NCBI GenBank assembly: GCA_963766735.1
Contig: CAVYBU010000003.1
Coordinates: forward strand, 96,001-160,000
From: an uncultured Chloroflexia bacterium
GTDB lineage: Bacteria > Chloroflexota > Limnocylindria > Limnocylindrales > CSP1-4
Direction of reading: 5' to 3'
Length of the DNA: 64,000 nt
A program made the position numbers and the translations under genes. Below are positions 43,491 to 52,435 of the stretch, one piece after another. Below the pieces are notes generated by a model that had not been told where the DNA came from, did no database searches, and worked only from the letters and a program-made list of their open reading frames with translations. Within the stretch, counting starts at the first letter, position 1. Each line of letters opens with the position of its first letter.

Positions 43491-44537
43491 ATGAGCGGTC
43501 GGGTCCTCGTCGTCGGATCGGTCAACGTGGATCTCGTGGTCCAGGCGGAGCGCCTGCCGCTGCCCGGCGAGACCGTCATGGGCGGCACGTTCAGCCGCTT
43601 CCACGGCGGCAAGGGAGGCAACCTGTCGGTGGCCGCGGCCAGGCTCGGCGTGCCGGTCATGCTGGTCGCCGCGCTCGGCGACGACGCGTTCGGCGACGAG
43701 GCGCGGGCCGCGCTGGCGCGCGAGGGCGTGGGCACAGACGTCCTGGTCACCCTGGAGCGCACCGCCACCGGCGTGGCCCTGATCATCGTGGACGCCAAGG
43801 CCGAGAACCAGATCACCGTGGCGCCGGGTGCGAACGCAGGGCTTACCGCAGCCCACGTCCGGGCGGCCCTCGGGCGGCTCGCGCCGCACCGCGGCGATGT
43901 CGTCATCACGAACCACGAGATCCCGGCCGAGGCGGCCCGTGAGGCGCTCCGGATTGGCCGCGAGGGCGGCGCCTGGACGATCCTCAACCCGGCTCCGGCC
44001 AGCGGCCTGGATCGCTCCGTCATTGGCCTGGCCGACGTGCTGACGCCAAATCGCGGGGAGCTGGCCAGGCTGGCAGCGGACGATGCACGTCGCTCCGGAC
44101 GCGCCGCCACCGGTGCCGAGGAGACGATCAGGACCGCCCGGACCCTGCTCGAGACCACGAGCGAGGGACCCGGCGCCGGCGAGGCCATGCTGGTCAGCCT
44201 TGGCCCGGGCGGGGCGGTGCTCGTCAGGCGCGGCGGGCCGGCGATCGACATCAAGGCGCCCAGGGTGAAGGCGATCGACGCGACCGGGGCTGGCGACGCG
44301 CTGAACGGGGCGCTGGCCGCCGCGCTCGCGGGCGGGCTCAGCCTCGAGGCGGCCGCGCGCCGCGCGGTCGTGGCGGCGAGCCTATCGGTCACCCGCGCCG
44401 GCGCTCGCGAGGGCTACCCGACCCTGGACGAGCTGGCGGCGGCTCTCGGGGAGACGCCGGTGCCTGTAGTGCCGGTGGTGCCGGTGGTGCCGGCCGGGAA
44501 CCCGGCTGACGCGCCCGACGAGGCGCCCCCGGCCTGA
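43491..44537 (+). CDS. Ribokinase / PfkB family sugar kinase
   Basis: VGSVNVD, GGKGGN, NPAP, DATGAGD. Confidence 0.88.
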   Translation: MSGRVLVVGSVNVDLVVQAERLPLPGETVMGGTFSRFHGGKGGNLSVAAARLGVPVMLVAALGDDAFGDEARAALAREGVGTDVLVTLERTATGVALIIVDAKAENQITVAPGANAGLTAAHVRAALGRLAPHRGDVVITNHEIPAEAAREALRIGREGGAWTILNPAPASGLDRSVIGLADVLTPNRGELARLAADDARRSGRAATGAEETIRTARTLLETTSEGPGAGEAMLVSLGPGGAVLVRRGGPAIDIKAPRVKAIDATGAGDALNGALAAALAGGLSLEAAARRAVVAASLSVTRAGAREGYPTLDELAAALGETPVPVVPVVPVVPAGNPADAPDEAPPA

Positions 44538-44582
44538 CCCAGGACCACACCCGGGCCGGACCGCGGGCGGGCCTATCGCGAC

Positions 44583-45653
44583 TCAGCCGACCCGACCCTC
44601 GGCAACCCACGCGCTGCACTGGCGCGCCTCAGGGGTCATTCCCAGGCGCGCGGCGTCGTCGACCCACCACGCCGCCAGCCCGCGCGCCCGTGCCTCCTCT
44701 CCGATGCCATCCCTGCCGGCCAGGAACAGGGCCTTGCTCCAGACCTCGGACCAGGCGGGATCGAGGCCGGCAACGGTGACGGCGATCAGGCCGGTCCTGG
44801 CAGGGGCACCGGTGTTCGGGTCCAGCAGGTGGTGGACCCGCGCGCCGTCCGGTCCCACCCAGTTGCGGACCCGGACGGAGGACGTCGCAACCGCGCCGCG
44901 CTCCATGGCCAGGACGGCCAGCGGCTCGGCGTCCGGTCCCGCGAGCACGGGGTCCTCGACCCCCACTCGCCAGCCGCCTGGCGGGGCCGCACCGGCGCTC
45001 ACGATGTCGCCCCCGGAGTCGAGGAGCAGCCCGGCGCCGGCGGGGAGGCCCTCGATGGCCGCCGCGGCGGCCCACCGCAGCGCGAGGCCCTTGCCGATCC
45101 CCCCGCTGTCCACGGGCGCCGCGGGTGCCTGGACGAGGCTGGCGCCAGGCGTTCCGGCCGGGATGAGGCGGACGACCGCCTCGGTGTCCGCCCGGGCACG
45201 ATCGAGCACCTCGAGCGCCGCACCGCGCTCCCCGATCCGCTCGAGGTCAGTCAGCACCGACGCGTCGAACCGGCCGCCGGTCAGGCGGCGCGCGCGGTCG
45301 ATAGCCGCCAGCATCGTCCGGAGCCGCCACGAGACCGCGATGACGCGACCGGTCCCGGCGAGCCGGTTGAGCGCGGTCAGCTCGCTGTCGTCGCGGAACC
45401 GTGAGAGGGCGTGGTCGACCTGATCGAACTCCGTCCGGACCCGGTCCCAGGCGAGGGTTGGGGCGTCGAGGCCAACGGCTCCGGAGCGCCCCGGGGCATC
45501 GCCGGTGCCGGCGAGCCGAACGTGGAGCGTCAGCCTCGATCCCAGCGCACGCGACGAGAACTCGACGACATGCTCGGGATCGTCGGGTTCGGGATCGGAT
45601 CCCGGTGGCCCCAGCGCCGTGACGTCCTTCCCGGCGCCGGCGGGCCGGCCCAC
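44583..45653 (-). CDS. apbE: FAD:protein FMN transferase (ApbE family), no obvious signal peptide; start may be 45623
   Basis: LSRFRDDSEL, DSGGIGKG, DSGGD, ATSS, HHLLDP.TG.P. Confidence 0.9.
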   Translation of the reverse strand: MGRPAGAGKDVTALGPPGSDPEPDDPEHVVEFSSRALGSRLTLHVRLAGTGDAPGRSGAVGLDAPTLAWDRVRTEFDQVDHALSRFRDDSELTALNRLAGTGRVIAVSWRLRTMLAAIDRARRLTGGRFDASVLTDLERIGERGAALEVLDRARADTEAVVRLIPAGTPGASLVQAPAAPVDSGGIGKGLALRWAAAAAIEGLPAGAGLLLDSGGDIVSAGAAPPGGWRVGVEDPVLAGPDAEPLAVLAMERGAVATSSVRVRNWVGPDGARVHHLLDPNTGAPARTGLIAVTVAGLDPAWSEVWSKALFLAGRDGIGEEARARGLAAWWVDDAARLGMTPEARQCSAWVAEGRVG

Positions 45654-45658
45654 GGGCG

Positions 45659-46216
45659 TCAGCCGCCCGAGGCGGCGGTGGTGGCCTTCGTGGCCGGTGC
45701 CCTGCTGCTGCTGCCGCCCCCGCTGCCGGCGCTCCGAACGGAGACCGTCGGGAGGCTGATGCGGGTCGGAAGGGCAGCAGCGGATCCCCGGACCTCGGCG
45801 ACGAGCGCGGCCAGCTCGTCCAGCCGGGACTGGTACGAGGCGACGTCCCCACCCACGGCCGCATAGTCGCCGGCGAGCGCTCGAGCCGCATCGTCGGCCT
45901 TGACGACCGCGATTTCGAGCGCGTCGTTGGCGGAGCGGGCGGCCGCCACGGCCTCCAGGTACGGCTGGCGCCGGGCCACGATCGCGGCGTCTGAGTCCGC
46001 CTGCATGACCGAGACGCCCGCGAGGGTGACGGCGTAGATCGCCGCGGACGCGCCGATCAGCATGCCGGCCCGGGTCGGGGTGCTGAGAACCGCCTCTGTC
46101 CGCTGGACGGCCGGCCGCGCAGGCCGATCAGTGGGCCGTGCGGCGCCTTCCCGGAGGTAGCGGGGTCGCGCGGGCGACGGGAACGCGACGGCCGGCAGGA
46201 CGCGCTCAGTCGTCAT
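45659..46216 (-). CDS. Membrane-anchored coiled-coil protein with C-terminal TTAASGG
   Basis: Hydrophobic segment, Ala/Leu helical run, GSGGGSS linker; overlaps the upstream gene. Confidence 0.8.
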   Translation of the reverse strand: MTTERVLPAVAFPSPARPRYLREGAARPTDRPARPAVQRTEAVLSTPTRAGMLIGASAAIYAVTLAGVSVMQADSDAAIVARRQPYLEAVAAARSANDALEIAVVKADDAARALAGDYAAVGGDVASYQSRLDELAALVAEVRGSAAALPTRISLPTVSVRSAGSGGGSSSRAPATKATTAASGG

Positions 46217-46703
46217 CGTCGTGCTCGCGCGGCGGGGCGGCGGCCTTGGTCGTGGTCGGGGTGCTCCTTCGCGCCGCCGCGTTGATGGCGGCCTGGCGAG
46301 CGGCGGCCTTGTTCAGGGCGGCAAGGCGCGCCTGCCCTGCCTTGAGCTGCGACTGCAGGCTGTCCAGCTTCACCTTTGCCTTGGCCAGGTCGGCCTGGAG
46401 CGACGTGGCGGTCGAGGCGTCGGCCACCACCGCGCCGTTGGCCGTCACGATGGCGCCCTCGAGCGTCGACAGCTGCCCGGCGACCAAGTCGATCTGACCG
46501 GAGAGGTCCTCGGTGCGGGCGACCTCGGCCTCGATGTCGGCGTCGATGCTGGACATCGAGACCGGCGCCGTATCCAGCGGAGCTGCCTCGGCCCGCCAGG
46601 CCGCGGCAACCTGCACGGTCACGACCGCGACCGCGATAACCGCGCCGGTGGCAGCGAGCACCATGGCTCGGCGCACGATGCGGTTGAGCAATTCTCTCGA
46701 CAT
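46206..46703 (-). CDS. Exported or anchored coiled-coil protein
   Basis: RR before a hydrophobic N-terminus, heptad-like repeats, acidic C-terminus; RBS GGAGGAG; TGATG coupling. Confidence 0.8.
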   Translation of the reverse strand: MSRELLNRIVRRAMVLAATGAVIAVAVVTVQVAAAWRAEAAPLDTAPVSMSSIDADIEAEVARTEDLSGQIDLVAGQLSTLEGAIVTANGAVVADASTATSLQADLAKAKVKLDSLQSQLKAGQARLAALNKAAARQAAINAAARRSTPTTTKAAAPPREHDDDD

Positions 46704-47413
46704 CAGGACTCCTCCACCAGGACGGGCACCGGCTGAGGCCGGTCAATTGGTGCCTCGGACGCACCGGTGGCAAGTGCGGGGCGCAGCGGGCGTGACCGGG
46801 CGGTCCACCAGCGGTGCCCAACACCCGCCAGAATCGGCAGGCCGGTGGCGAGATACAGGGGGGTCAGCGCGCCGCTGTCGGTGCCGGCGAGCACCGCATG
46901 CACCCAGGCGAGCAGGAAGGTCACGGCCGCGATGCGGTGCACCTTGAGCCACCACCCGGCGGGGAGGAGGCGGGTCCACTTGGCGGTGGCCGCGGTGAAG
47001 ATCATCGCGTAGAGCGCCACCGTCCCAAGGCCCACGGCGACCGGGCGGAACGTCGAGAAGCCCGGCACGAGCGCCCCCATGATGCCGACGTTGGCGAAGG
47101 GATCGATGGCGAGCAGCACGATGTGGAGGACCAGGAAGGCGCCGGTGAACACCGTGACCATCTCGTGCCACGGGAGGACCTGCCTGGTCTTGCGCCACTC
47201 CGCGGTGTTGCGCGGATGGCTCAGGACCAGGCCGAGACCCACTTCCAGCGCGAGCAGCAGGTACGCCGTGATGCCCAGGGCACGCGCCGCGATCCAGGGC
47301 CGCATCTCCACCGTCCGCGGATCCGCAGCCGGGAGGATCTGGTCCGTCACGCCGATGGCGACGAGCGCGGCAACCGCGCACAGGATGACGAGGGTGACGG
47401 GGCTCAGGCGCAC
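46703..47413 (-). CDS. Ferric reductase-like (MsrQ-like) transmembrane cytochrome b
   Basis: W..ARALG motif; four TM His (WHE, LHI, VHR, VHA); GTD. Confidence 0.82.
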   Translation of the reverse strand: MRLSPVTLVILCAVAALVAIGVTDQILPAADPRTVEMRPWIAARALGITAYLLLALEVGLGLVLSHPRNTAEWRKTRQVLPWHEMVTVFTGAFLVLHIVLLAIDPFANVGIMGALVPGFSTFRPVAVGLGTVALYAMIFTAATAKWTRLLPAGWWLKVHRIAAVTFLLAWVHAVLAGTDSGALTPLYLATGLPILAGVGHRWWTARSRPLRPALATGASEAPIDRPQPVPVLVEES

Positions 47414-47593
47414 AAAGCCACCCCCGCCCGGTACGGCGGCTGGCACGTGATCTCGGATTGCGGCGGACGCTTGCGCATGAGGACTCCAAAAGTGTCAGGT
47501 ACCGCTCCGAGTCCGTGCATCGCCCGAAGGTTTCAGCGGCCACGCCACCAATGGTCCCGGGTGGCCGCGGGTCGTCCGTCCGCGCCGCCCCGG

Positions 47594-48559
47594 TCAGGGG
47601 GCGGCAAGCACCTCCGCCACGCGGTCCACGTTCCAGCGCATGAGACCGGTGTACGTGTCCTGCGGCGCGTCTCCGGTGCTGTCGGTGTAGAGCCCCGAGA
47701 CGACGGTCGCGCCGGTCTCGTCCGCGATGGTCCGGGCCAGGTCCTCGCTGAACTGGGCCTCGGCGAAGATGGCCTTGATGCCCTTCTCCCGCACGACGCG
47801 TACCAGTGCCGCGATCTGCGCCGCGCTGGGGTCCTGGCCGGGCGAATCCACGATCGTGCCGTCGATCGTCAGGCCGTACGCAGTGGCGAAGTACGGGAAT
47901 GCGTCGTGGAACGAGAGCACGGTGCGATCGGACGGGGGAATCGCCTCCATCTTCGACCGCAGCTCCGCGTCCAGGTCCGCAAGCGTTCGCCCGTAGACCG
48001 CAGCCTGGTCTCGATAGGCTGCAGCGTTGGCGGGATCCACCTCGGCCAGCGACTCGCCGATCCGTTGCGCGTACTTGGCCGCATACGCGGCGTTGAGCCA
48101 GAGGTGCGGGTTGACGGCCGCCTGGTCCTGCCCGTCGCCGGCGAGGTAGGTCACCCCGGGCAGGTTCTCGCCCAGGTCCACGACCGGCGCATCCGTGCCG
48201 GCGTCGGTCACGAGGTTCCCGAGCCACCCGTCCAGGCCCAGGCCGTTCACAAACACGATGTCCGCCTCCGACACCCGCCGGACGTCGGAAGGTGTGGGAT
48301 CGAACGTATGCACCTCCCCGCCCTTGGGCACCAGGCTGTCAACGTGCACGCGCTGGCCGCCCACCTGGGCAACGAGATCCGCCAGGATCGTGGTGGTGGT
48401 GACGACCCGGAGGGTTCCGGCAGGGACGTCGCCGGACGGGCTCCCACCGCCGCATGCGGCGGTGGCGAGCGCGATCAGCGCCACGAGCGCGATCAGCCGA
48501 GCGCCGCGCGATCGCGTGTTTCCGTCGAGGCGGGATCGGCGGCCGAGCGGCGGGATCAT
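47594..48559 (-). CDS. Zn/Mn ABC transporter substrate-binding lipoprotein
   Basis: Lipobox TAAC, EVHTFDP, NGLGLD, NPHLWL, FHDAF.YF. Confidence 0.93.
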   Translation of the reverse strand: MIPPLGRRSRLDGNTRSRGARLIALVALIALATAACGGGSPSGDVPAGTLRVVTTTTILADLVAQVGGQRVHVDSLVPKGGEVHTFDPTPSDVRRVSEADIVFVNGLGLDGWLGNLVTDAGTDAPVVDLGENLPGVTYLAGDGQDQAAVNPHLWLNAAYAAKYAQRIGESLAEVDPANAAAYRDQAAVYGRTLADLDAELRSKMEAIPPSDRTVLSFHDAFPYFATAYGLTIDGTIVDSPGQDPSAAQIAALVRVVREKGIKAIFAEAQFSEDLARTIADETGATVVSGLYTDSTGDAPQDTYTGLMRWNVDRVAEVLAAP

Positions 48560-49020
48560 GCAGGCTCATCCTGTCTGGCCTGGCACGCCGAGCACAGGCC
48601 GAAGACCTCGAGTCGGTGGGCCGTGACGCGGAAGCCGGACCGTTGGCCGACCTCCGCGAGTGCCCGGGTCAGGCCGAAGTCATCGACGTCCAGCGACCGC
48701 CCGCAGCCGGTGCAGATCGCGTGATGGTGGTGCACCGGATCGCATGCCACGTAGGCGTGCTCGCCGTCCGGCAGGTCCACGCGCTCCACCAGCCCCAGGG
48801 ACGCGAACAGGTCCAGCGCGCGGAAGATGGTTGCCCGCCCGATCCTTGGCTGGCGTCGGCCCGCGTCCGCCGCGAGGTCGGCTGCGGTGAAGTACCCGTC
48901 GCGACGCGCGACCAGCTCCGCCACCGTGAGGCGCGGGCCTGTGAGCCGGCGGCCTGCCTGGCCCAGGGCCTTGGCCAGGTGGTTCTCGGCTTGCGCCGCC
49001 GGCTCGCGTGTCCCGGTCAT
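48556..49020 (-). CDS. Fur family regulator, probably Zur
   Basis: RLT..R, ATIFRAL, HHHHAICTGC, GLCSAC; located inside a metal ABC operon. Confidence 0.9.
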   Translation of the reverse strand: MTGTREPAAQAENHLAKALGQAGRRLTGPRLTVAELVARRDGYFTAADLAADAGRRQPRIGRATIFRALDLFASLGLVERVDLPDGEHAYVACDPVHHHHAICTGCGRSLDVDDFGLTRALAEVGQRSGFRVTAHRLEVFGLCSACQARQDEPA

Positions 49021-49892
49021 GCGGTCGCCGCCGTTTCATCGAGCGTGTCCGCGATGGCCTCACCGCCCCGCCGCCGCCCCAGCATTCCCCGTGGCCCGAA
49101 CACGAGCGCGACGACGAACATGCCGGTCTGGACGAGGACGATCGTGGCACCGCTGGCGACGTCCAGCCAGTAGGAGAGGTACAGGCCGAGGATGGAGCTT
49201 GCGATCCCGACCAGCGCCGCCAGGACCATCAGGCGCGTGAACCGGACCGTGAGCATCTGGGCCGTCGCCGCTGGCGTGACCAGCATCGCCACGACCAGGA
49301 TGATCCCGACCGCCTGCAGGCTGACGACGATCGTGAGCGCCACGAGGGCCAGGAACAGGTACTCGAGACGGTCGACCTTGATCCCTGATGCGGCGGCACC
49401 CAACGGGTCGAATGTTGCGTACAGCAGCTCCTTCCACAGCAGCGCGACGATCGCGAGCACGAGGAGGCCCAGCACCATCAGCCCGACGAGATCCTCGGCG
49501 CTGATCGCCAGGACGTTGCCCAGCAGGAAGCTGAACAGGTCGGCAACGTAACCGTCGATCGTGCTGAACAGGAACACGCCGAACGCGAACGTGCCCGCGA
49601 ACAGGACTCCGATCGCCGTGTCCTGGCGGATGCCCGCCCGCTTCGTCACGAACCCGATCGCGAGGGCTGTTCCCACGGCTGCGATCGCGGCCCCGATGTA
49701 GAACGGGATCGACAGCATGAAGGCGGCGACCACGCCCGGAAACGCGGCGTGAGCGATGGCGTCCCCGATGAACGCGACCCCGCGCAGGACGACGTAGGTG
49801 CCGACGACAGCGCACACCACCCCGACCATCATCGAAGCGATCAGGGCGCGGACGAAGAACCCGAGCGCCAGCGGTTCCAGGACGAGATCCAT
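49017..49892 (-). CDS. Zn/Mn ABC transporter permease
   Basis: GDAIAHAAFPG, QDTAIG, FDP, VGIILV.AMLVTPAATA. Confidence 0.93.
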   Translation of the reverse strand: MDLVLEPLALGFFVRALIASMMVGVVCAVVGTYVVLRGVAFIGDAIAHAAFPGVVAAFMLSIPFYIGAAIAAVGTALAIGFVTKRAGIRQDTAIGVLFAGTFAFGVFLFSTIDGYVADLFSFLLGNVLAISAEDLVGLMVLGLLVLAIVALLWKELLYATFDPLGAAASGIKVDRLEYLFLALVALTIVVSLQAVGIILVVAMLVTPAATAQMLTVRFTRLMVLAALVGIASSILGLYLSYWLDVASGATIVLVQTGMFVVALVFGPRGMLGRRRGGEAIADTLDETAATA

Positions 49893-50803
49893 CAGCGCTG
49901 ATCCCCCTGGTCGTGGAAGTGGCGCTCGCCCGGGGCGGCGTCATCGTGATGGTGGGCGTCGTCCAGGACGACGGTGCTGCCCTCCAGCACCAGCAGGTGC
50001 CCGCCGTACGCCCGCTCGAGGACACCGGCGTCCAGGACGAGGTTGGACGGGCCGTAGGCGATGACGGTGCGGTTGATCGCCAGGACCTGCTGGAACCGAT
50101 CGGCGGCGCAGGCGAGGTCGTGCGTGGTTGCCACCACGGTCTTGCCGCGGGCCGCCTGCGCCTCGAGGAGATCCATGAGGAGCTCCTGCGTCGTGGCGTC
50201 GATGCCGGTGACGGGCTCATCGAGCAGGAACAGGTCCGGTTCCGCGGCGAGCGCCCGGGCAAGGAACACCCGCCGGCGCTGTCCGCCTGACAGCCGTCCG
50301 ACCTGGGTCCGGCGGTGCGGATCCATCCGCACCTGCTTCAGCGCCTCGGCGACCGCTCGCCTGTCGTCGGGGCCGGGCCGGCGGACGGACCCCAGGCGCG
50401 GGAAGCGGCCCATCATCACCACATCCTCGACCGTGACCGGGAACGCCCAGTCGACCAGCTCTGCCTGCGGGACGTAGGCGACGCGCCGGGACTCACGACC
50501 GGGGACCGCACCGAGGATCTCGATGCGCCCGGTCCAGGGGCGCGCAAGACCGGCCATGAGCTTGAGCAGCGTGCTCTTGCCGGCACCGTTGGGCCCGACC
50601 ACGGCGAGCAGGCTGCCGGGCTCGACTGCCAGCGTCACGTGCTCCAGGGCCGCGCGCTCACCGTACCCGGCCGTCACGTCGCTCAGCCACACGTCCGCGT
50701 GCGCATGGGCGTGCGGTGCCGACAGCTCGTCCTCGTGCACGTGCGGCGGCCGGGCGCCGCGGCCGGAAGGCGCCAGCGTGGCGGTAGGGCTCTCTGGTTC
50801 CAT
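49892..50803 (-). CDS. Zn/Mn ABC transporter ATP-binding protein with His-rich termini
   Basis: GPNGAGKST, AYVPQ..DW.FP, LSGGQ, LDEP, THDL; start ATG 50803. Confidence 0.93.
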   Translation of the reverse strand: MEPESPTATLAPSGRGARPPHVHEDELSAPHAHAHADVWLSDVTAGYGERAALEHVTLAVEPGSLLAVVGPNGAGKSTLLKLMAGLARPWTGRIEILGAVPGRESRRVAYVPQAELVDWAFPVTVEDVVMMGRFPRLGSVRRPGPDDRRAVAEALKQVRMDPHRRTQVGRLSGGQRRRVFLARALAAEPDLFLLDEPVTGIDATTQELLMDLLEAQAARGKTVVATTHDLACAADRFQQVLAINRTVIAYGPSNLVLDAGVLERAYGGHLLVLEGSTVVLDDAHHHDDAAPGERHFHDQGDQR

Positions 50804-50820
50804 ATGAGACAGAGTATCAT
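50804..50820. promoter_or_regulatory. Putative Zur/Fur box
   Basis: ATGAGAC-AGA-GTATCAT imperfect inverted repeat (6/7 arms), AT-rich, abutting the first start codon of the operon. Confidence 0.6.
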
Positions 50821-50990
50821 CTGGCGCAAGTTCAGCGCCAAGGTCGGCGGCAACGACAGCGGCAGGTACGGAGGCGGGCGGCCGTGGACACGGCACGACG
50901 CTCTTGGCCGATCCCGCCGATCTGCGCCACAATGCCTCGGCATCCCACCCGAGTACGACCCTTCCTCGAACACGAATTCGGAGGCACCCC

Positions 50991-51833
50991 CTGAGCGGCA
51001 AGCAGCCCACCACCCAGACCACGCGCCGGGAGCGTCGCGCCTCGGAGCGCCAGGACCGGTTCAGCAAGGATCGTGACGAGCGCCGCGGCCGGGCCCCCGG
51101 CGGCGAGGGCGCCGGTTCGTCGCTCATCAACACCCGGAACATGACCATCGCCGGCGTGATCGCCGGCGTGCTGATCGTCGTGGTCGTCGGCATCGGCCAG
51201 CTCGGCGGCAGGGTCACCGGGACTCTCCAGGATCCGGCAACGGCCTACCCGGCGGCGCTCCTCGACGGGACTGCGATCGGGAAGGCGGACGCGCCGGTCA
51301 CCATGGAGGTCTACGAGGACTACCAGTGCCCGTACTGCGGGCAGTACTCGCTGGACGTCGAGCCCGTGCTGGTCAGCCAGTACGTGACGCCGGGCACGCT
51401 GCGGATCGTGCACAACGACATCGGGATCCTCGGCCGTGGCGGGCCGGACGACGAGTCGGTCCTCACGGCACGTGGTGCCTTCTGCGCCAACGAGCAGGGC
51501 AAGTACTGGGACTACGCGCACTGGGTGTACGCCAACCAGGACGGCGAGAACGCCGGCGGCTTCCGCAGGGAGCGGTTGACGGCGATTGCCGAGGCCGCGG
51601 GCATCGAGCCGGTGGCCTTCTCGGCCTGCCTCGATGGCGCCGCCGCGACGGCTGCGGTCGACCAGGCGAACGCCGAAGCGACCGCCCTGGGAATCAACTC
51701 CACACCGACGATGTACGTCAACGGCAAGAGGATCGAGGTGTCCCTCGATCCCAGCGCGATCGGGGCGGAGATCGAAGCCGCTGCCGCTGCCGCGGCCGGC
51801 GTGCCTGACGCCTCGGCGAGCACGGTCCCCTGA
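50991..51833 (+). CDS. DsbA family thioredoxin-fold protein (start uncertain)
   Basis: TM anchor, YEDYQCPYC, GINSTPT cis-Pro loop. Confidence 0.9.
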   Translation: MSGKQPTTQTTRRERRASERQDRFSKDRDERRGRAPGGEGAGSSLINTRNMTIAGVIAGVLIVVVVGIGQLGGRVTGTLQDPATAYPAALLDGTAIGKADAPVTMEVYEDYQCPYCGQYSLDVEPVLVSQYVTPGTLRIVHNDIGILGRGGPDDESVLTARGAFCANEQGKYWDYAHWVYANQDGENAGGFRRERLTAIAEAAGIEPVAFSACLDGAAATAAVDQANAEATALGINSTPTMYVNGKRIEVSLDPSAIGAEIEAAAAAAAGVPDASASTVP

Positions 51834-52270
51834 CCGAGGCAACACCGGGGCAGGCTGTCCGCGGCCCGCTCGGCCTGCCCCTGATTGCGGTCGCCCTCTT
51901 CGGGCTCGCGGCCTCGGGCTATCTCGCGCTGGTGAGGCTTGCGGGGGAGACGGCAGTGTGCGGGCCGTCGAAGGGTTGCGAGACCGTCGCGGCCTCTGAG
52001 TACTCGGTGGTGCTCGGGGTGCCGGTCGCGTTCCTGGGCGTCCTGTTCTCCCTCGCCGTTCTTGCCTCTGCCATCGCCTGGTGGCGCCGCGCCGACCGAC
52101 GTGCCCTGCTGCTCGCCTATCTGCTGCTGCTCGTTGGGACGCTGGCCGTCGCCTACCTCACCTACCTCGAGCTGTTCGTCATCCACGCGATCTGCCTGTG
52201 GTGCGTCTCGTACGCGGTGGCGGTCGTGGGCTCGCTCGGCATCGCTGCGCTGGCGTTGCGTCGGAGCTGA
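51830..52270 (+). CDS. Vitamin K epoxide reductase family protein (VKOR)
   Basis: CGPSKGCETV..S loop, GVPVA.LG, ICLWC; in-frame TM1 lies upstream of the called GTG 51932. Confidence 0.9.
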   Translation: MTEATPGQAVRGPLGLPLIAVALFGLAASGYLALVRLAGETAVCGPSKGCETVAASEYSVVLGVPVAFLGVLFSLAVLASAIAWWRRADRRALLLAYLLLLVGTLAVAYLTYLELFVIHAICLWCVSYAVAVVGSLGIAALALRRS

Positions 52271-52435
52271 CCCGGGCCCTACAGGTCCGGGCCGGCCAGG
52301 GTGACCCGCCTGGTCGTTCCGGCCATGCAGTGCGACTGCCTCGCGCCGGTACCAGCGAGCCCGGACCATCGTCGGGGTGCTGGCGGGCCAGGTCCCGGAC
52401 TACGATGCCGGCACCGTTCGCGAACTGGAGTGGCA

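Noticed and set aside
44455-44495. PVVPVVPVVP repeat at the ribokinase C-terminus, and GTPET x2 in the thioesterase tail
   Set aside because: Low-complexity slippage repeats in disordered tails.
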